Notes: a model not told the origin generated them from the letters alone. DNA of 64,000 nt from Dehalococcoidia bacterium (GCA_030740155.1 JASLXV010000025.1:63930-127929); one strand, 5' to 3'; shown: positions 9,038-19,249, counted from the first letter of the stretch. Numbers and translations: made by a program.

Positions 9038-9907
9038 GTGGCGGACAAGATTACCGTAGGCAATGTTGAAATCATGGCGGTCATGGACATGGTGCCACCG
9101 GCCCGGCCGCCGGAGGCGATGTTCCCCGAGGTTCCCCGTGAAGCTTGGGGACCGTACGAGGACACCCTGGAAAACGGCCAGTTCCAGCTCTATTACTGCT
9201 GTTTCGTGCTTCGTTCGAAGGGGACCACGATAATGGTCGACACCGGCATGGGGCCGGGCCCCCACGTGGAACGGGGTAACCTGACGGGCAACCTGGACCA
9301 GGAAATCCGGCCCCTCTTGCTTGCTCCGGACCAGTTAGGCAATAACAACGTCTCCGCCTTTGATGAAGTGAACATCGTGGCCCACTCCCATTTGCACGCC
9401 GACCACGTGGGCTGGAACATCAGGTACGGCGGAGGAGCGCCCACCCCCTACTTCCCCAAGGCCAGGTACCTGGTGCCCAGGCTGGACTGGGAGCATTTCA
9501 CGAAACCAGAGGTCCTGAAGACCGCTCCCTATGTGGAGAACCAAGTGGTGCCGCTCCAGGGACTCGGCAAGATGGACATCATCGACGGGGAGCACAGTAT
9601 CACCGACGAGATCACCACGCTCCATACCCCCGGCCACACTCCCGGCCACCTGGTGATTCTGATCAACTCCCAGGGCGAAAAAGCCATGGTAATGGGCGAC
9701 GTTCTCCACTCCAAGGCCCAAGTGCATGAGCCGGGTTGGACTGCCGGGGTGGACATCGACAAAGAGGCAAGCAGACGGAGCCGCAACGCCATTCTGGACC
9801 TGGCCGAGCGGGAAGGGTATGTGGTCGCCGCCGGACACTTCCACCCCATCGACCACATCGGGAAGGTGGTCCGGCTGGAGGGGCGCCGTTACTGGCAGGC
9901 CCTGTAA
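9038..9907 (+). CDS. MBL-fold metallo-hydrolase (lactonase-like)
   Basis: VDTGMG, SHLHADHVGWN, TPGHTPGH, GDVLH, C-terminal GHF. Confidence 0.9.
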   Translation: MADKITVGNVEIMAVMDMVPPARPPEAMFPEVPREAWGPYEDTLENGQFQLYYCCFVLRSKGTTIMVDTGMGPGPHVERGNLTGNLDQEIRPLLLAPDQLGNNNVSAFDEVNIVAHSHLHADHVGWNIRYGGGAPTPYFPKARYLVPRLDWEHFTKPEVLKTAPYVENQVVPLQGLGKMDIIDGEHSITDEITTLHTPGHTPGHLVILINSQGEKAMVMGDVLHSKAQVHEPGWTAGVDIDKEASRRSRNAILDLAEREGYVVAAGHFHPIDHIGKVVRLEGRRYWQAL

Positions 9908-10037
9908 GCTAGCTAATTGACGAAGATGCCCGTCCCGCCGGGCGGAGGCGGGTATCTCGTAACGGCGTACGCCCCAAAGGCGATGCCGGAACAGGCCCGC
10001 CGGTTAGAGCGGGACAATTGACCTAGGAGCGGCAACG

Positions 10038-10934
10038 ATGAAGGTAGGATTTATCGGCACTGGCAACATGGGCAACCCAATGGCGGTCAACCTCATTAAG
10101 GGCGGCCACGATGTGACCGTACACGAGCTGCGCCGGGAGGCAGCCACCAACCTTCTGGAGATGGGCGCCCAATGGGCCGGTAGCCCGAAGGAAGCCACCG
10201 CCGGAAGCGAGATTGTGTTCACCTCGCTCCCAGGCCCGCGGGACGTGGATGCCGTGGTTCTTGGCGAGGACGGTATCATGGAAGGGGCCGTTAAAGGCTC
10301 CATTCACATCGACCTCTCTACCAACTCGCCCACGGCCATTCGCCGCCTCCACCAGGTATGCGGCGAGAAAGGCGTCATCGTCATGGACGCACCGGTCAGC
10401 GGCGGTGTCTTCGGTGCGGCGGCGGGCACCCTGGCGGTAATGGTCGGCGGCGACCGGGCCGTGTTCGACCGGGTCAAGCCCACCCTCGACTCCATAGGCA
10501 CCCATGTGGTCTACTGCGGTCCCATTGGCAACGGAGCGGTGTGCAAGCTCTGCAACAATCTGCTGAGCATGGGGATCGGTATGATGCTGACTGAGGCGCT
10601 GACCCTTGGCGTGAAGGCCGGCGTCGACCTGGCTGTGCTGGCCGACGTCATCACCAACAGTTCCGGCGGCTGCAAGCGCCTCACCGAGAAGTCTCCCCGT
10701 TACCTGTTTAAGGGTAATTTCGAGCCGGGATTTGCCACGGCCCTGGCGGCAAAGGACGTTCGGCTAGCCACCGAGTTGGGCCGGGAATACGGCATCCCCC
10801 TGGAACTCTCCAACCTGGTGGACCAGCGGCACGTGGAAGCCCTGCTCCGGGGCTGGGGACCGGAGGACTCGGACGCCGTTTCGAAAATACAAGAAGAAAA
10901 GGCCGGGGTCCAGTTGAGGCTGCCCGGCGCCTAG
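10038..10934 (+). CDS. NAD(P)-dependent beta-hydroxyacid dehydrogenase (3-hydroxyisobutyrate/tartronate semialdehyde reductase family)
   Basis: GFIGTGNMGNPMA, DAPVSGG, KLCNN catalytic Lys, KDVRLA. Confidence 0.92.
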   Translation: MKVGFIGTGNMGNPMAVNLIKGGHDVTVHELRREAATNLLEMGAQWAGSPKEATAGSEIVFTSLPGPRDVDAVVLGEDGIMEGAVKGSIHIDLSTNSPTAIRRLHQVCGEKGVIVMDAPVSGGVFGAAAGTLAVMVGGDRAVFDRVKPTLDSIGTHVVYCGPIGNGAVCKLCNNLLSMGIGMMLTEALTLGVKAGVDLAVLADVITNSSGGCKRLTEKSPRYLFKGNFEPGFATALAAKDVRLATELGREYGIPLELSNLVDQRHVEALLRGWGPEDSDAVSKIQEEKAGVQLRLPGA

Positions 10935-10965
10935 ACGGATTGCCCAGACGGATTGGAGGATATCG

Positions 10966-12006
10966 ATGACTACAAGCTCCGAAAGATCCAAGCTGGTGGA
11001 AGCCAGTGACACTATCGAAGCCATCGAGGAGTGCTATCGCCTGGGTTGGAGCGACGGCCTGCCGGTGGTCCCGCCGGTCGACTACAAGGTCCGGGAGATG
11101 CTGGAGCACGTGGGGATGACCGGTGAGGAGGAGCTGCTGTCGCTGGAGATGCGGCGGCGGGTGCTGACCTCGGAGAACGCCGCGGCCAACGCGGTGATGG
11201 CCGGGTGCCTCCCGGAGTACTTCCCCGTTCTGGTTGCCACGCTGCGGGCCCTTGAAGAGGACAAGAACGAAGTCCACATGGCTTCGGCCTCCACCAGCTC
11301 TCCCGCCATACTGATGGTCGTCAACGGCCCCATCCGGCACCGGATCGGCGTTAACTCCAGGGACGGGCTTTTCGGCCCCGGCTTTCGGGCCAATGCCTGC
11401 TTGGGCCGGGCCATCCGGCTCTGCTTCATGAACGGTTTCGACGCCCGTCCCGGCACCCTGGACCGGGGCACGCTGGGCAATCCCTCCAAATACACTCTCT
11501 GCATCGCCGACAACGAGGAGGACTCCCCCTGGGAACCCCTCCACGTCAGCCGGGGGTTCAAAGCCGAGGACAGCTGCATTACCGTGGCCGTGGCCTACAA
11601 CCCCACCACCGTCAACAACCGGTACGGCCATACCGGGGAATCCATCCTGTCCTCCTTGGCCGACACCATGAAGTCCGCCTTTCTGGGCCAGAAATTTCCC
11701 GGCCAGTGGGCGATAGTCGTCGGCCCAGAACACGCCCTGACCCTTAAAGAGGGAGGGTGGAGCCGCCGGAACATCCAGGATTATCTGATCGAGCACGCCA
11801 TCCGCTCCCGCGCCGAACTGGTTCGCCTGGGGGTGGCTCAAGGGCCGGAAAAGCCCGGCGACGAAAAGCTGATTCTGCACTGCGCCAAAGACCCGGACGA
11901 TATCCTGCTGCTCATGGGTGGCGGTACCGGAGGGCGCAACAGCGCCATCATCGATATGAGCCATTTCAAGATGCGCACCCGCAAGATAGACGTGCCCGGC
12001 GCCTAG
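10966..12006 (+). CDS. Conserved protein of the DGLPVVPP / NAVMAGC family (usually associated with UGSC-type (seleno)proteins)
   Basis: GWSDGLPVVPP, AANAVMAGC.PEYFP, VVNGP, G.RANA..GRA.RL, GNP.KY, E..SPW.PLH. Confidence 0.7.
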   Translation: MTTSSERSKLVEASDTIEAIEECYRLGWSDGLPVVPPVDYKVREMLEHVGMTGEEELLSLEMRRRVLTSENAAANAVMAGCLPEYFPVLVATLRALEEDKNEVHMASASTSSPAILMVVNGPIRHRIGVNSRDGLFGPGFRANACLGRAIRLCFMNGFDARPGTLDRGTLGNPSKYTLCIADNEEDSPWEPLHVSRGFKAEDSCITVAVAYNPTTVNNRYGHTGESILSSLADTMKSAFLGQKFPGQWAIVVGPEHALTLKEGGWSRRNIQDYLIEHAIRSRAELVRLGVAQGPEKPGDEKLILHCAKDPDDILLLMGGGTGGRNSAIIDMSHFKMRTRKIDVPGA

Positions 12007-12026
12007 CCAGTATGGGGGAACCTTTT

Positions 12027-12067
12027 CACCCCCTCTCTTATCTCCCCTTTCGCAAGAGGGAGAGGAC
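12027..12067. repeat. Short intergenic palindrome (CACCCCCTCTC...TCTCCCCTTTCGCAAGAGGGAGAGG)
   Basis: Imperfect inverted repeat of REP-like character; a related C-rich/G-rich unit at ~39414. Confidence 0.45.
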
Positions 12068-12103
12068 CAGTCGCCCTTGTAGTCGGTTTGACCGGAGGAC
12101 GAG

Positions 12104-12949
12104 ATGCCCAAGTTTTCCGCCAATGGAGTGAATCTGTCCTACGAGGTCACCGGCGAGGGGTTTCCCCTGGTGTGGAGCCACGAGTTCTCGGGCGGCCCCG
12201 AGAGCTGGGACCCCCAGGTCAAGTTCTTTTCCCGGCGCTACCAGGTGATTACCTACTCGGCTCGGGGGTACCCGCCCTCGGACGTGCCGGAGGACCCGGA
12301 GGCTTACTCCCAGGACATAATGGTGGAGGACCTGCGCCTGCTGCTGGAGCACTTGGGCATCCGGCAGGCCTTCATCGGCGGACTGTCCATGGGCGGCGCC
12401 GTCGCATTGAACTTCTGCATCGCTCACCCCCAGATGGCCAAGGGGGTTATCGTCGCCGCCGCCGGCAGCGGTTCCGATCCCGGCAATCGGGAGAAGTGGC
12501 TGGCGGATGGCCAAGCCATGACCGACCGGCTGTTGTCAGAGGGAATGGCAGCCGTGGCCAAAGATTACGCCCGCACCCCGGTCAGGGTGCAACTCCTTCG
12601 CAAGGACCCCAAGGGTTGGCAGGAGTTCTACGAGGGTTTGGCGGCCCACTCCGCCCTGGGCTCGGCGCTGACCTACCGGGGGTTCATGCTGAAGCGGCCC
12701 ACGACGTTCTCCCTGGTGGAGAAGCTGCGCGGGCTTATGGTGCCGGCCCTGATCTTGGTCGGCGACGAGGATGAGCCCTGTGTCGATCCGGCGGTCTTCA
12801 TGAAGCGGAATATACCGAGGGCCGGGCTGGCCGTGTTCCCCCAGAGCGGCCACGCCATCAACCTCGAGGAGCCGGACCTATTCAACCGGACGGTGCTGGA
12901 CTTCCTCATCGCGGTGGAGGCGGACCGCTGGGCCGAGAGGGCGGGCTAG
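12104..12949 (+). CDS. Alpha/beta-fold hydrolase
   Basis: GLSMGG nucleophile elbow, GDED acid, SGHAINLEEP His. Confidence 0.92.
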   Translation: MPKFSANGVNLSYEVTGEGFPLVWSHEFSGGPESWDPQVKFFSRRYQVITYSARGYPPSDVPEDPEAYSQDIMVEDLRLLLEHLGIRQAFIGGLSMGGAVALNFCIAHPQMAKGVIVAAAGSGSDPGNREKWLADGQAMTDRLLSEGMAAVAKDYARTPVRVQLLRKDPKGWQEFYEGLAAHSALGSALTYRGFMLKRPTTFSLVEKLRGLMVPALILVGDEDEPCVDPAVFMKRNIPRAGLAVFPQSGHAINLEEPDLFNRTVLDFLIAVEADRWAERAG

Positions 12950-13010
12950 GTTACTGCCCCGCGACTAGCTTTACGCCGGCGGAAAGGTGCGACTTTGCCT
13001 CTCCACACAC

Positions 13011-13075
13011 GTCTTTCCGGCGAAAGCCGGAATCCAGAGAAGCAGCGGCTGGATCCCGGCCTTCGCCGGGATGAC
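13011..13075. repeat. REP-like palindromic repeat between convergent genes
   Basis: GTCTTTCCGGCGAAAGCCGGAATCCAG...CTGGATCCCGGCCTTCGCCGGGATGAC; same family as 706-770. Confidence 0.85.
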
Positions 13076-13109
13076 GGACCGGAAAACCAGCCGGTTGCGA
13101 GACTCCGGA

Positions 13110-14132
13110 CTAGCTCTTCAGCTCTTTGACGATCTTCTTCAGCGCCTGCTCGTCGGACGGGGTGGGCGTGTCCATGTTGAACACGTATTCGTCCAGCAGG
13201 CCCCCGAAGCGCTCCTTTATCCGCCCGGCCACTTCGTCGTATGGGCCCAAAATGGATAGCGTGTCCAGCATTTCATCGCTTATCAGGTCCCCCATCTTGT
13301 CCCACTCGCCCTTCACGGACAGGGCATGCAAGGCCGGGCTGACCTCCTGGAAGCCGTGGACTTCCAGCACCGGGGTATAGGTCCTGGTGGAGGCGTAGAA
13401 GGCGATCTGCTGTTTGGCCGCCGCTTTTTTGGCGGCTACGGCTTCCCGGTTGGGTCCGGTGACCACGAAACTGGAGCCGTTAAGCACGATGTCAGACGGA
13501 CTGCGGCCCGCTTTTTCCGCCCCCATTGTCACGTTGGGTTTGACGACATCGGTCACGTATTTGGCTGAGGAAATGGGATGAAGAGCCAACCCGTCGCACA
13601 GCCGGCCGACGGTCCGGCAGTTGAACGGGTTGATCGCGCTGATGTACACCAGGGGCTTGGGAGTGGAGTTGGCGCCGGGACTGAAGAAAGGGGTCATCAG
13701 CGAGAAGTTGTAGAAGCGTCCCTTGAAGTCCAGTTTCTTATCCTCTTGCCAGGTGTCCCAGATGGCGTGCAACGCCCGGACGTACTCCCGCAGGCGAGGA
13801 CCGGGCGAGTCCCAGGGGACCGAAAAGCGGCGTTCCATGTGACCCTTCACCTGGGTACCCATGCCCAGGCGGAAGCGCCCTCCGGAGAATTCCTGAAGGT
13901 CCCAGGCGGCGTAGGCGACCGACATGGGAGAACGAGGGAACACGATGGCCACCCTGGTCTCTAGTGTCAGTCGGGTCGTGGCGCTGGCGGCCAGCAGGAG
14001 AGGGTAGAAGGGGTCGTGGCCCGTCTCCTCGGAGCACACGCCGTCGTAGCCCATCGACTCGGCCCAACGGGCCTGCTCCGGAACGTCTTTCAGCTTGGCG
14101 GTTTTGAGGTTGTAGATTACGCGCATACCCAC
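13110..14132 (-). CDS. Luciferase-like (LLM) probable F420-dependent oxidoreductase (TIGR03617-like)
   Basis: AE.MGYDG..SEETGHDPF, FPRSPM..AY.AWDLQ..S.GRF.LG.GTQVKGH..RRFS, AFYAST.TY; start GTG 14132 or ATG 14126. Confidence 0.88.
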   Translation of the reverse strand: MGMRVIYNLKTAKLKDVPEQARWAESMGYDGVCSEETGHDPFYPLLLAASATTRLTLETRVAIVFPRSPMSVAYAAWDLQEFSGGRFRLGMGTQVKGHMERRFSVPWDSPGPRLREYVRALHAIWDTWQEDKKLDFKGRFYNFSLMTPFFSPGANSTPKPLVYISAINPFNCRTVGRLCDGLALHPISSAKYVTDVVKPNVTMGAEKAGRSPSDIVLNGSSFVVTGPNREAVAAKKAAAKQQIAFYASTRTYTPVLEVHGFQEVSPALHALSVKGEWDKMGDLISDEMLDTLSILGPYDEVAGRIKERFGGLLDEYVFNMDTPTPSDEQALKKIVKELKS

Positions 14133-14191
14133 TGTCGAAACTCCTTGCCTATCCGTATGCCTATTCACAGTAACGTGGCGGCCCGGCCCCG

Positions 14192-14941
14192 CTAGCCCGC
14201 GGTGAATCCTCCATCGACTGCCAGCTCGGCGCCGGTGATGTAGGACGCCTCGTCGGAAGCCAGGAACAGGACAGCGTAGGCTACTTCCTCCCGGCGGCCC
14301 ACTCGGCCCAGGGGCGTCTGACCCATCCGGGTCTTCAGTTCGGTTTCGTCTCTATCGGCCCCTTCCGCCATCGGCGGTAATCGTCCGGGGTGAACCGAGT
14401 TCACCCGTATACTGTCCTTTCCGTACCGCACCGCGGAAGCCTTGGTGAGGAGCCGGACCGCGCCTTTGGAGGCGTTGTAGGCCGGGTGCCCGGTGGCTGT
14501 GCCAACCAGACCCGCTATCGACGAAATGTTGACAATGGAGCCGCCGCCCGCCTCACGCATCTTGGGGACGGCGTACTTGGTGCCCAAGAAGACACTCCTT
14601 GAATTGACCTCCATGATGCGATCCCATCCCTCCAGACTGGTAATGTCGGGATGAGAGCGGCCGCTGATACCGGCATTGTTCACCAGCACGTCCAGCTTGC
14701 CAAATCTGGAAACCGTCCGGTCTACCGCCTGCCCCCAGTCGTCTTCCTGGGTCACGTCCAGCTTGACGAACATGACCTCGCCGCCGGCCTCGGCGATCTC
14801 CGCCTCAACTCGCCGGCCTTCTTCCTCTCTCAGGTCGGCAATGACGACTTTCGCGCCTTCTTTGGCGAACATTTTGGCTTCTACTTCGCCCATTCCTCGA
14901 GCGCCTCCGGTTATCAGGGCAACCTTGCCTTTCAGCCTCAT
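14192..14941 (-). CDS. Short-chain dehydrogenase/reductase (copy 1)
   Basis: TGGARGMG, NNAGI, SS, YNASK, VNSVHPG, ITGAEL.VDGG; start reassigned to MRLKGK. Confidence 0.95.
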   Translation of the reverse strand: MRLKGKVALITGGARGMGEVEAKMFAKEGAKVVIADLREEEGRRVEAEIAEAGGEVMFVKLDVTQEDDWGQAVDRTVSRFGKLDVLVNNAGISGRSHPDITSLEGWDRIMEVNSRSVFLGTKYAVPKMREAGGGSIVNISSIAGLVGTATGHPAYNASKGAVRLLTKASAVRYGKDSIRVNSVHPGRLPPMAEGADRDETELKTRMGQTPLGRVGRREEVAYAVLFLASDEASYITGAELAVDGGFTAG

Positions 14942-15124
14942 TGTCCCTCCTGTTTCAAAAACCGGCATTAAGTTTGGTGTCCAGACCTCTGGAGCGGACG
15001 GAGCCACATTCCCGTGAGGCCCTGGACATCCCCGGCGGATCAGGCGGCCACCATCGGCCAGAAGGGAGATGATGGGTATCTGCCCGCACCCGCCTCGGGC
15101 ACTTCGTTTCTTGGTAGATTGCCG

Positions 15125-15877
15125 TTACCTGGCGGTGAATCCGCCGTCCACCAACAGCTCCGTGCCGGTGATGTATGAGGCCTCGTCCGAGGCCATGAAC
15201 AGCACCGCATTGGCGACTTCGATGGGCTGGCCTTCCCGTCCCATGGGTATCGCCGCGATTCTGGCGTCTTGGCTTCCGCCGTCGCCCCTGGCGCCCGAGG
15301 TAAGCATGGCGGGCATGCTTCCCGGATGGACCGAGTTGACCCGGATGCCCTCCTTGGCATGTTGTACCGCCGCCGCCTTGGTCACCAGCCGGACCGCGCC
15401 CTTCGAGGCGTTGTATCCGGGGTGAATGTAGGTCTGGCCGACGAACCCGGACATGGAGGAGATGTTCACGATGGCGCCGCCGCCGGCCTTCTTCATCTCC
15501 GGGATGGCGTGTTTCATGCCCAGGAAGACCCCCTTGGCGTTGATGTCCATCAGCAGGTCCCAGGCTTCGGTGCTGGCGAGGTCGTCGAAGTTGCTGCCGC
15601 TGATGCCGGCGTTGTTAACCAGGATGTTCAGCTTGCCGAACTTAGTCACCACCTGGTCGACCACCCGCTCCCACTGATCCTCATTGGTCACGTCCAACAT
15701 GACGAACATCGCCTGGCCGCCGGCCTCGGCGATCTCCGCCTCCACCTTTCGGCCGTCCTCTTCCCGGATGTCGGCAATGGCGACCTTGGCCCCTTCACGG
15801 GCGAACAACCGTGCTTCTTCGGCACCCATGCCGTGGGCCCCACCGGTGATTATCGCCACCTTTCCTTCCAGTCGCAT
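15125..15877 (-). CDS. Short-chain dehydrogenase/reductase (copy 2)
   Basis: TGGAHGMG, NNAGI, YNASK, ITGTELLVDGG. Confidence 0.95.
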   Translation of the reverse strand: MRLEGKVAIITGGAHGMGAEEARLFAREGAKVAIADIREEDGRKVEAEIAEAGGQAMFVMLDVTNEDQWERVVDQVVTKFGKLNILVNNAGISGSNFDDLASTEAWDLLMDINAKGVFLGMKHAIPEMKKAGGGAIVNISSMSGFVGQTYIHPGYNASKGAVRLVTKAAAVQHAKEGIRVNSVHPGSMPAMLTSGARGDGGSQDARIAAIPMGREGQPIEVANAVLFMASDEASYITGTELLVDGGFTAR

Positions 15878-15910
15878 CCTTTCGCACCTCGATTCATTCT
15901 ATTGGTCGAA

Positions 15911-16660
15911 TTACTGGGCGGTATATCCACCGTCGACCGCGAGTTCGGCGCCGGTTATGTATGAGGCTTCGTCGGAGGCGAGGAACAGGACCGCGTAGGC
16001 CACTTCCTCCTGGCGTCCCAGCCGGCCCAATGGCGTCTGGGCGAGCTGCGCCTGGCGCCGGGTTTCCTCCATGGGGATGCCTTTCCCCATGGGCGGCATG
16101 TATCCGGGATGAACGGAGTTGGCCCGGATGCCGTCCTTCCCGTAGCGCATTGCCGTAGCCTTGGTGAAGAGCCGCACCGCGCCCTTGGAGGCATTGTACG
16201 CCGGGTGGCCGGTTGCAGAGCCGACCATGCCCAGCATTGAGGATATATTGACGATGGAGCCCCTTCCTGCTTCCAGCAACTTGGGGATGGCGTGAGTGGT
16301 GCCCAGATAGACGCCCTTGGAATTGACCTCCATGATGCGGTCCCATCCTTCCAGACTGGAAATGTCGGGATAGGATCGGCTGCTGATTCCGGCGTTATTC
16401 ACCAGTACGTCTAGCTTGCCAAACCTGGACACCGTCCGGTCTATCGCCTCCTTCCAGTCGTCTCCTTTGGTGACGCCCAACCGGACGAACATGGCCTCTC
16501 CGCCCGCCCCGGTGATCTCTGCCTCCACGCGCCACCCTTCTTCCTCCAACAGGTCCGCTATGACGACCTTGGCGCCTTCTTGGGCGAAGAGCTTGGCCTC
16601 AACCGCGCCCATCCCCCGGGCGGCTCCGGTTACGAGGGCAACCTTGCCTTCCAGCCGCAT
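15911..16660 (-). CDS. Short-chain dehydrogenase/reductase (copy 3)
   Basis: TGAARGMG, NNAGI, YNASK; very similar to copy 1. Confidence 0.95.
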   Translation of the reverse strand: MRLEGKVALVTGAARGMGAVEAKLFAQEGAKVVIADLLEEEGWRVEAEITGAGGEAMFVRLGVTKGDDWKEAIDRTVSRFGKLDVLVNNAGISSRSYPDISSLEGWDRIMEVNSKGVYLGTTHAIPKLLEAGRGSIVNISSMLGMVGSATGHPAYNASKGAVRLFTKATAMRYGKDGIRANSVHPGYMPPMGKGIPMEETRRQAQLAQTPLGRLGRQEEVAYAVLFLASDEASYITGAELAVDGGYTAQ

Positions 16661-16699
16661 AGTTCCACCTCTTTTGAAAACAGGTCTCCGGGGAGGCCG

Positions 16700-17920
16700 T
16701 CAGTTTATGACCCCGGCTTCTTGCCACCGGGCAACATCCTCGGGAGGCGCTCCCAGCAGTTCTACGAATACGTGATGGTTATGCTGGCCGATCAACGGTC
16801 CGGCCGAGCGAATCGTGGGAGGTGTTTCGCTGAGCTTCCAGGGCGCGGCCTGGACTGTCTGGGCACCGAGGACCGGGTGCTCGATCTCCTGCCAGACCCC
16901 GCGGTACCTCAAATGGGGGTCCTCCGCCAGGTCCTGGCTGCTCATTGAGGGAGCGGCGGCCACCCCGGCGTCCTGGAGTATCCGGACGGCCTCCTCCGGG
17001 GTGTGCTTTGCCGTCCATCCCTCCAAGAACTCGTCCAGGGCATCCTGGTTTCTGCAGCGAAGAAGCCGGTCGGCGAAGCGGGGGTCCGATGCCCAGTCCT
17101 CGCGCCCGACCGCGCGGCAAAGGGCCCGCCACTCGGTATCGTTCTCCACGGCTATAGTCACCCAGGTGTCGTCGCCTTGGCACCGGTAGCAGCCGTGGGG
17201 GGCCATGCCGGGCTCGCGGTTGCCCCGCCGATGCTGGACCCGGCCGTTCATCGCGTACTCCATCAGAGCCTCGCCTCCGAACATGGCCAGGGCCTCACTG
17301 GCCGAGAGGTCGATGAAGCCTCCCTCTCCGGTGCGCCGGCGATGGAACAGGCCCGTTAGGACGGCGAAGGCCGACGTGGCCCCAACCCGGGCGTCGATGC
17401 TGTCCCGCAGTTCCGAGGGCGGGGCGTCCGGATACCCGGTCAGGTGCCCGAGGCCGCTGAGGGAGTTGAAGACGTTGGCGTAGCCGGGGTAAGAACTCTC
17501 CGGCCCGTGGCGGCCCGCGCTCGATCCGGAGATCATGACGATGGTGGGGTTCGCCTGGCGGAGGCGATCGTACCCCAGCCCCATTCTATCCATGACTCCG
17601 GGGCGCATGTTTTCCACCACGGCGTCGCTTACCGACACCAGGCGGAGGGCCAGCTCCAGGGCGGCGGGTTCCTTGAGGTTTAGCTGAACGCAGAGCTTGT
17701 TCAGGTTGAGGCTGTTGTACACGGGGGATTGTTCCGGGTCATCGTAGGCGTAGGGCGGACGGCGCATGCCTTCCAGCCGTACACGGCTCTCGACCTTGAT
17801 CACCTCCGCACCCAACATTCCTAGAAACAGGGGGGAGATGGGACCGGCTAAGAGGCTGGAAAAATCGAGTATCCGGACGCCCGCGAGGGCCGGCCTGGCC
17901 CCATTCACACCGTCGCCCAC
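16700..17920 (-). CDS. Family III CoA-transferase (CaiB/BaiF)
   Basis: LAGVRILDFS..LAGP, GAEVIKVE, ENMRPG, PHG.YRC, P.IGQHN. Confidence 0.93.
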   Translation of the reverse strand: MGDGVNGARPALAGVRILDFSSLLAGPISPLFLGMLGAEVIKVESRVRLEGMRRPPYAYDDPEQSPVYNSLNLNKLCVQLNLKEPAALELALRLVSVSDAVVENMRPGVMDRMGLGYDRLRQANPTIVMISGSSAGRHGPESSYPGYANVFNSLSGLGHLTGYPDAPPSELRDSIDARVGATSAFAVLTGLFHRRRTGEGGFIDLSASEALAMFGGEALMEYAMNGRVQHRRGNREPGMAPHGCYRCQGDDTWVTIAVENDTEWRALCRAVGREDWASDPRFADRLLRCRNQDALDEFLEGWTAKHTPEEAVRILQDAGVAAAPSMSSQDLAEDPHLRYRGVWQEIEHPVLGAQTVQAAPWKLSETPPTIRSAGPLIGQHNHHVFVELLGAPPEDVARWQEAGVIN

Positions 17921-19134
17921 TATATCACGCCTCCCCGGCGCAGGCCCGTGAGTTCCTCTGGGCTCAACTCCAACTCTCCACAGAGTATCTCCTCGTTGTG
18001 CTGGCCCAACAGGGGCGCCGGGCGGTCCGCCGGCCGGGGGCAGGATGAGAACTGGTACGGCTGGGAAGGGTACCGGAGTGTGCCCGCCTTCGGGTGCTCC
18101 ACGTCGGTGAAGAACCCCCTGGCCTCAAGCTGCGGCGATTCGAACAGGTCCTCCGACGTGGCGAACGGTGACGCGGGGCAGCTATTGGAGGCCAGCCGGT
18201 GGTATATCTCGTCCTTGGTCAAGGCGGCGGTCCACTCACGGATAACCTGGTTGGCCTCATCGCCGTGCTCGATGCGGTCCCCCCTGGTGAGGAACCTCTC
18301 CTGCTCGGCCAACTCCGGCCGGCCCATCACCTCGACCAGCGCCCGCCACTGGTGGTCCTCCCTGGGATACACGTTGACATAACCGTCCTTACAGGCGTAG
18401 ATGCCACCGTATTCGTAGTTGCGCGACCGGTTATTCAGCTGTCCGACACCATGGTACAGGCCCAGGGTGAGGCGGTTCACGGCCATCGTGGCCTCTTGTT
18501 TGGAGACGTCCACGTGCTGCCCGTGGCCCCAGATCTCCCTGGCGAAGAGAGCGGCCACCGTCGCGGAGGCAGCCGCCAGCCCCGCGTCGTACTCCCCGAC
18601 GTGGGCCCCGGCGGTGATGGGGGCCCGGTCCGGAAACATGGAGTAGCCGATGCCCCCTGGCATCGTGTAGCCCTCGCCGGCGACGTGGAACGTGTTGATG
18701 TGGTGCGCCTTCCATTGAGACCTGGGACCGTCCTGGCCGTAGGGAGTGATGGAGACGTAGACCAGCCCAGGGTTGACCTGCCGGAGGGTTGGGTAATCCA
18801 GGCCAAACGGTTCCGCCGTGCCGGGGCAGGAGTCCTCAACCAGAACGTCGGCTGTGGCCACCAGCCGGTAGAAAAGCTCTCGCCCCGCCGGCCGGGCCGG
18901 GTCCAGGGTGATGCTCCGCTTGTTGGTGCCAAGGAACAGGAAGAGGCCGCTCTGGTCCCGGTCCGGAACGTCCCCGGGAAAGGGGCCAAAGCCACGCGCG
19001 GGATCACCGGCGCCCGGTGGCTCGATCTTCACCACCCTGGCGCCCAGGTCTCCCAAAAGCTTGGCGCAGTAGGGTCCGGCGATGAAGCCGGCGCGTTCCA
19101 AGACGGTAATTCCCGAGAAGGGAGCGGACACCAT
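17920..19134 (-). CDS. Family III CoA-transferase (CaiB/BaiF)
   Basis: IAGPYCAKLLGDLGA.V.KIEPP..GD, TNKRSITLD, SITPYGQDGP, APLLGQHNEEI. Confidence 0.93.
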   Translation of the reverse strand: MVSAPFSGITVLERAGFIAGPYCAKLLGDLGARVVKIEPPGAGDPARGFGPFPGDVPDRDQSGLFLFLGTNKRSITLDPARPAGRELFYRLVATADVLVEDSCPGTAEPFGLDYPTLRQVNPGLVYVSITPYGQDGPRSQWKAHHINTFHVAGEGYTMPGGIGYSMFPDRAPITAGAHVGEYDAGLAAASATVAALFAREIWGHGQHVDVSKQEATMAVNRLTLGLYHGVGQLNNRSRNYEYGGIYACKDGYVNVYPREDHQWRALVEVMGRPELAEQERFLTRGDRIEHGDEANQVIREWTAALTKDEIYHRLASNSCPASPFATSEDLFESPQLEARGFFTDVEHPKAGTLRYPSQPYQFSSCPRPADRPAPLLGQHNEEILCGELELSPEELTGLRRGGVI

Positions 19135-19147
19135 GAAACTCCTTGAC

Positions 19148-19249
19148 CAGCGGTCAGCCGCCAGCTATCAGCTTAAACGGACTAGCTATCAACCATTGGG
19201 GTTGCTTGGGTGCCGACGGCTGATCGCTGATCGCTGATAGCTGATAGCT
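19148..19249. repeat. Inverted arrays of a 7-nt unit (CAGCTAT / GCTGATA)
   Basis: CAGCGGT CAGCCGC CAGCTAT CAGC ... GCTGATC GCTGATC GCTGATA GCTGATA; short copies at ~20547 and ~62640. Confidence 0.7.
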
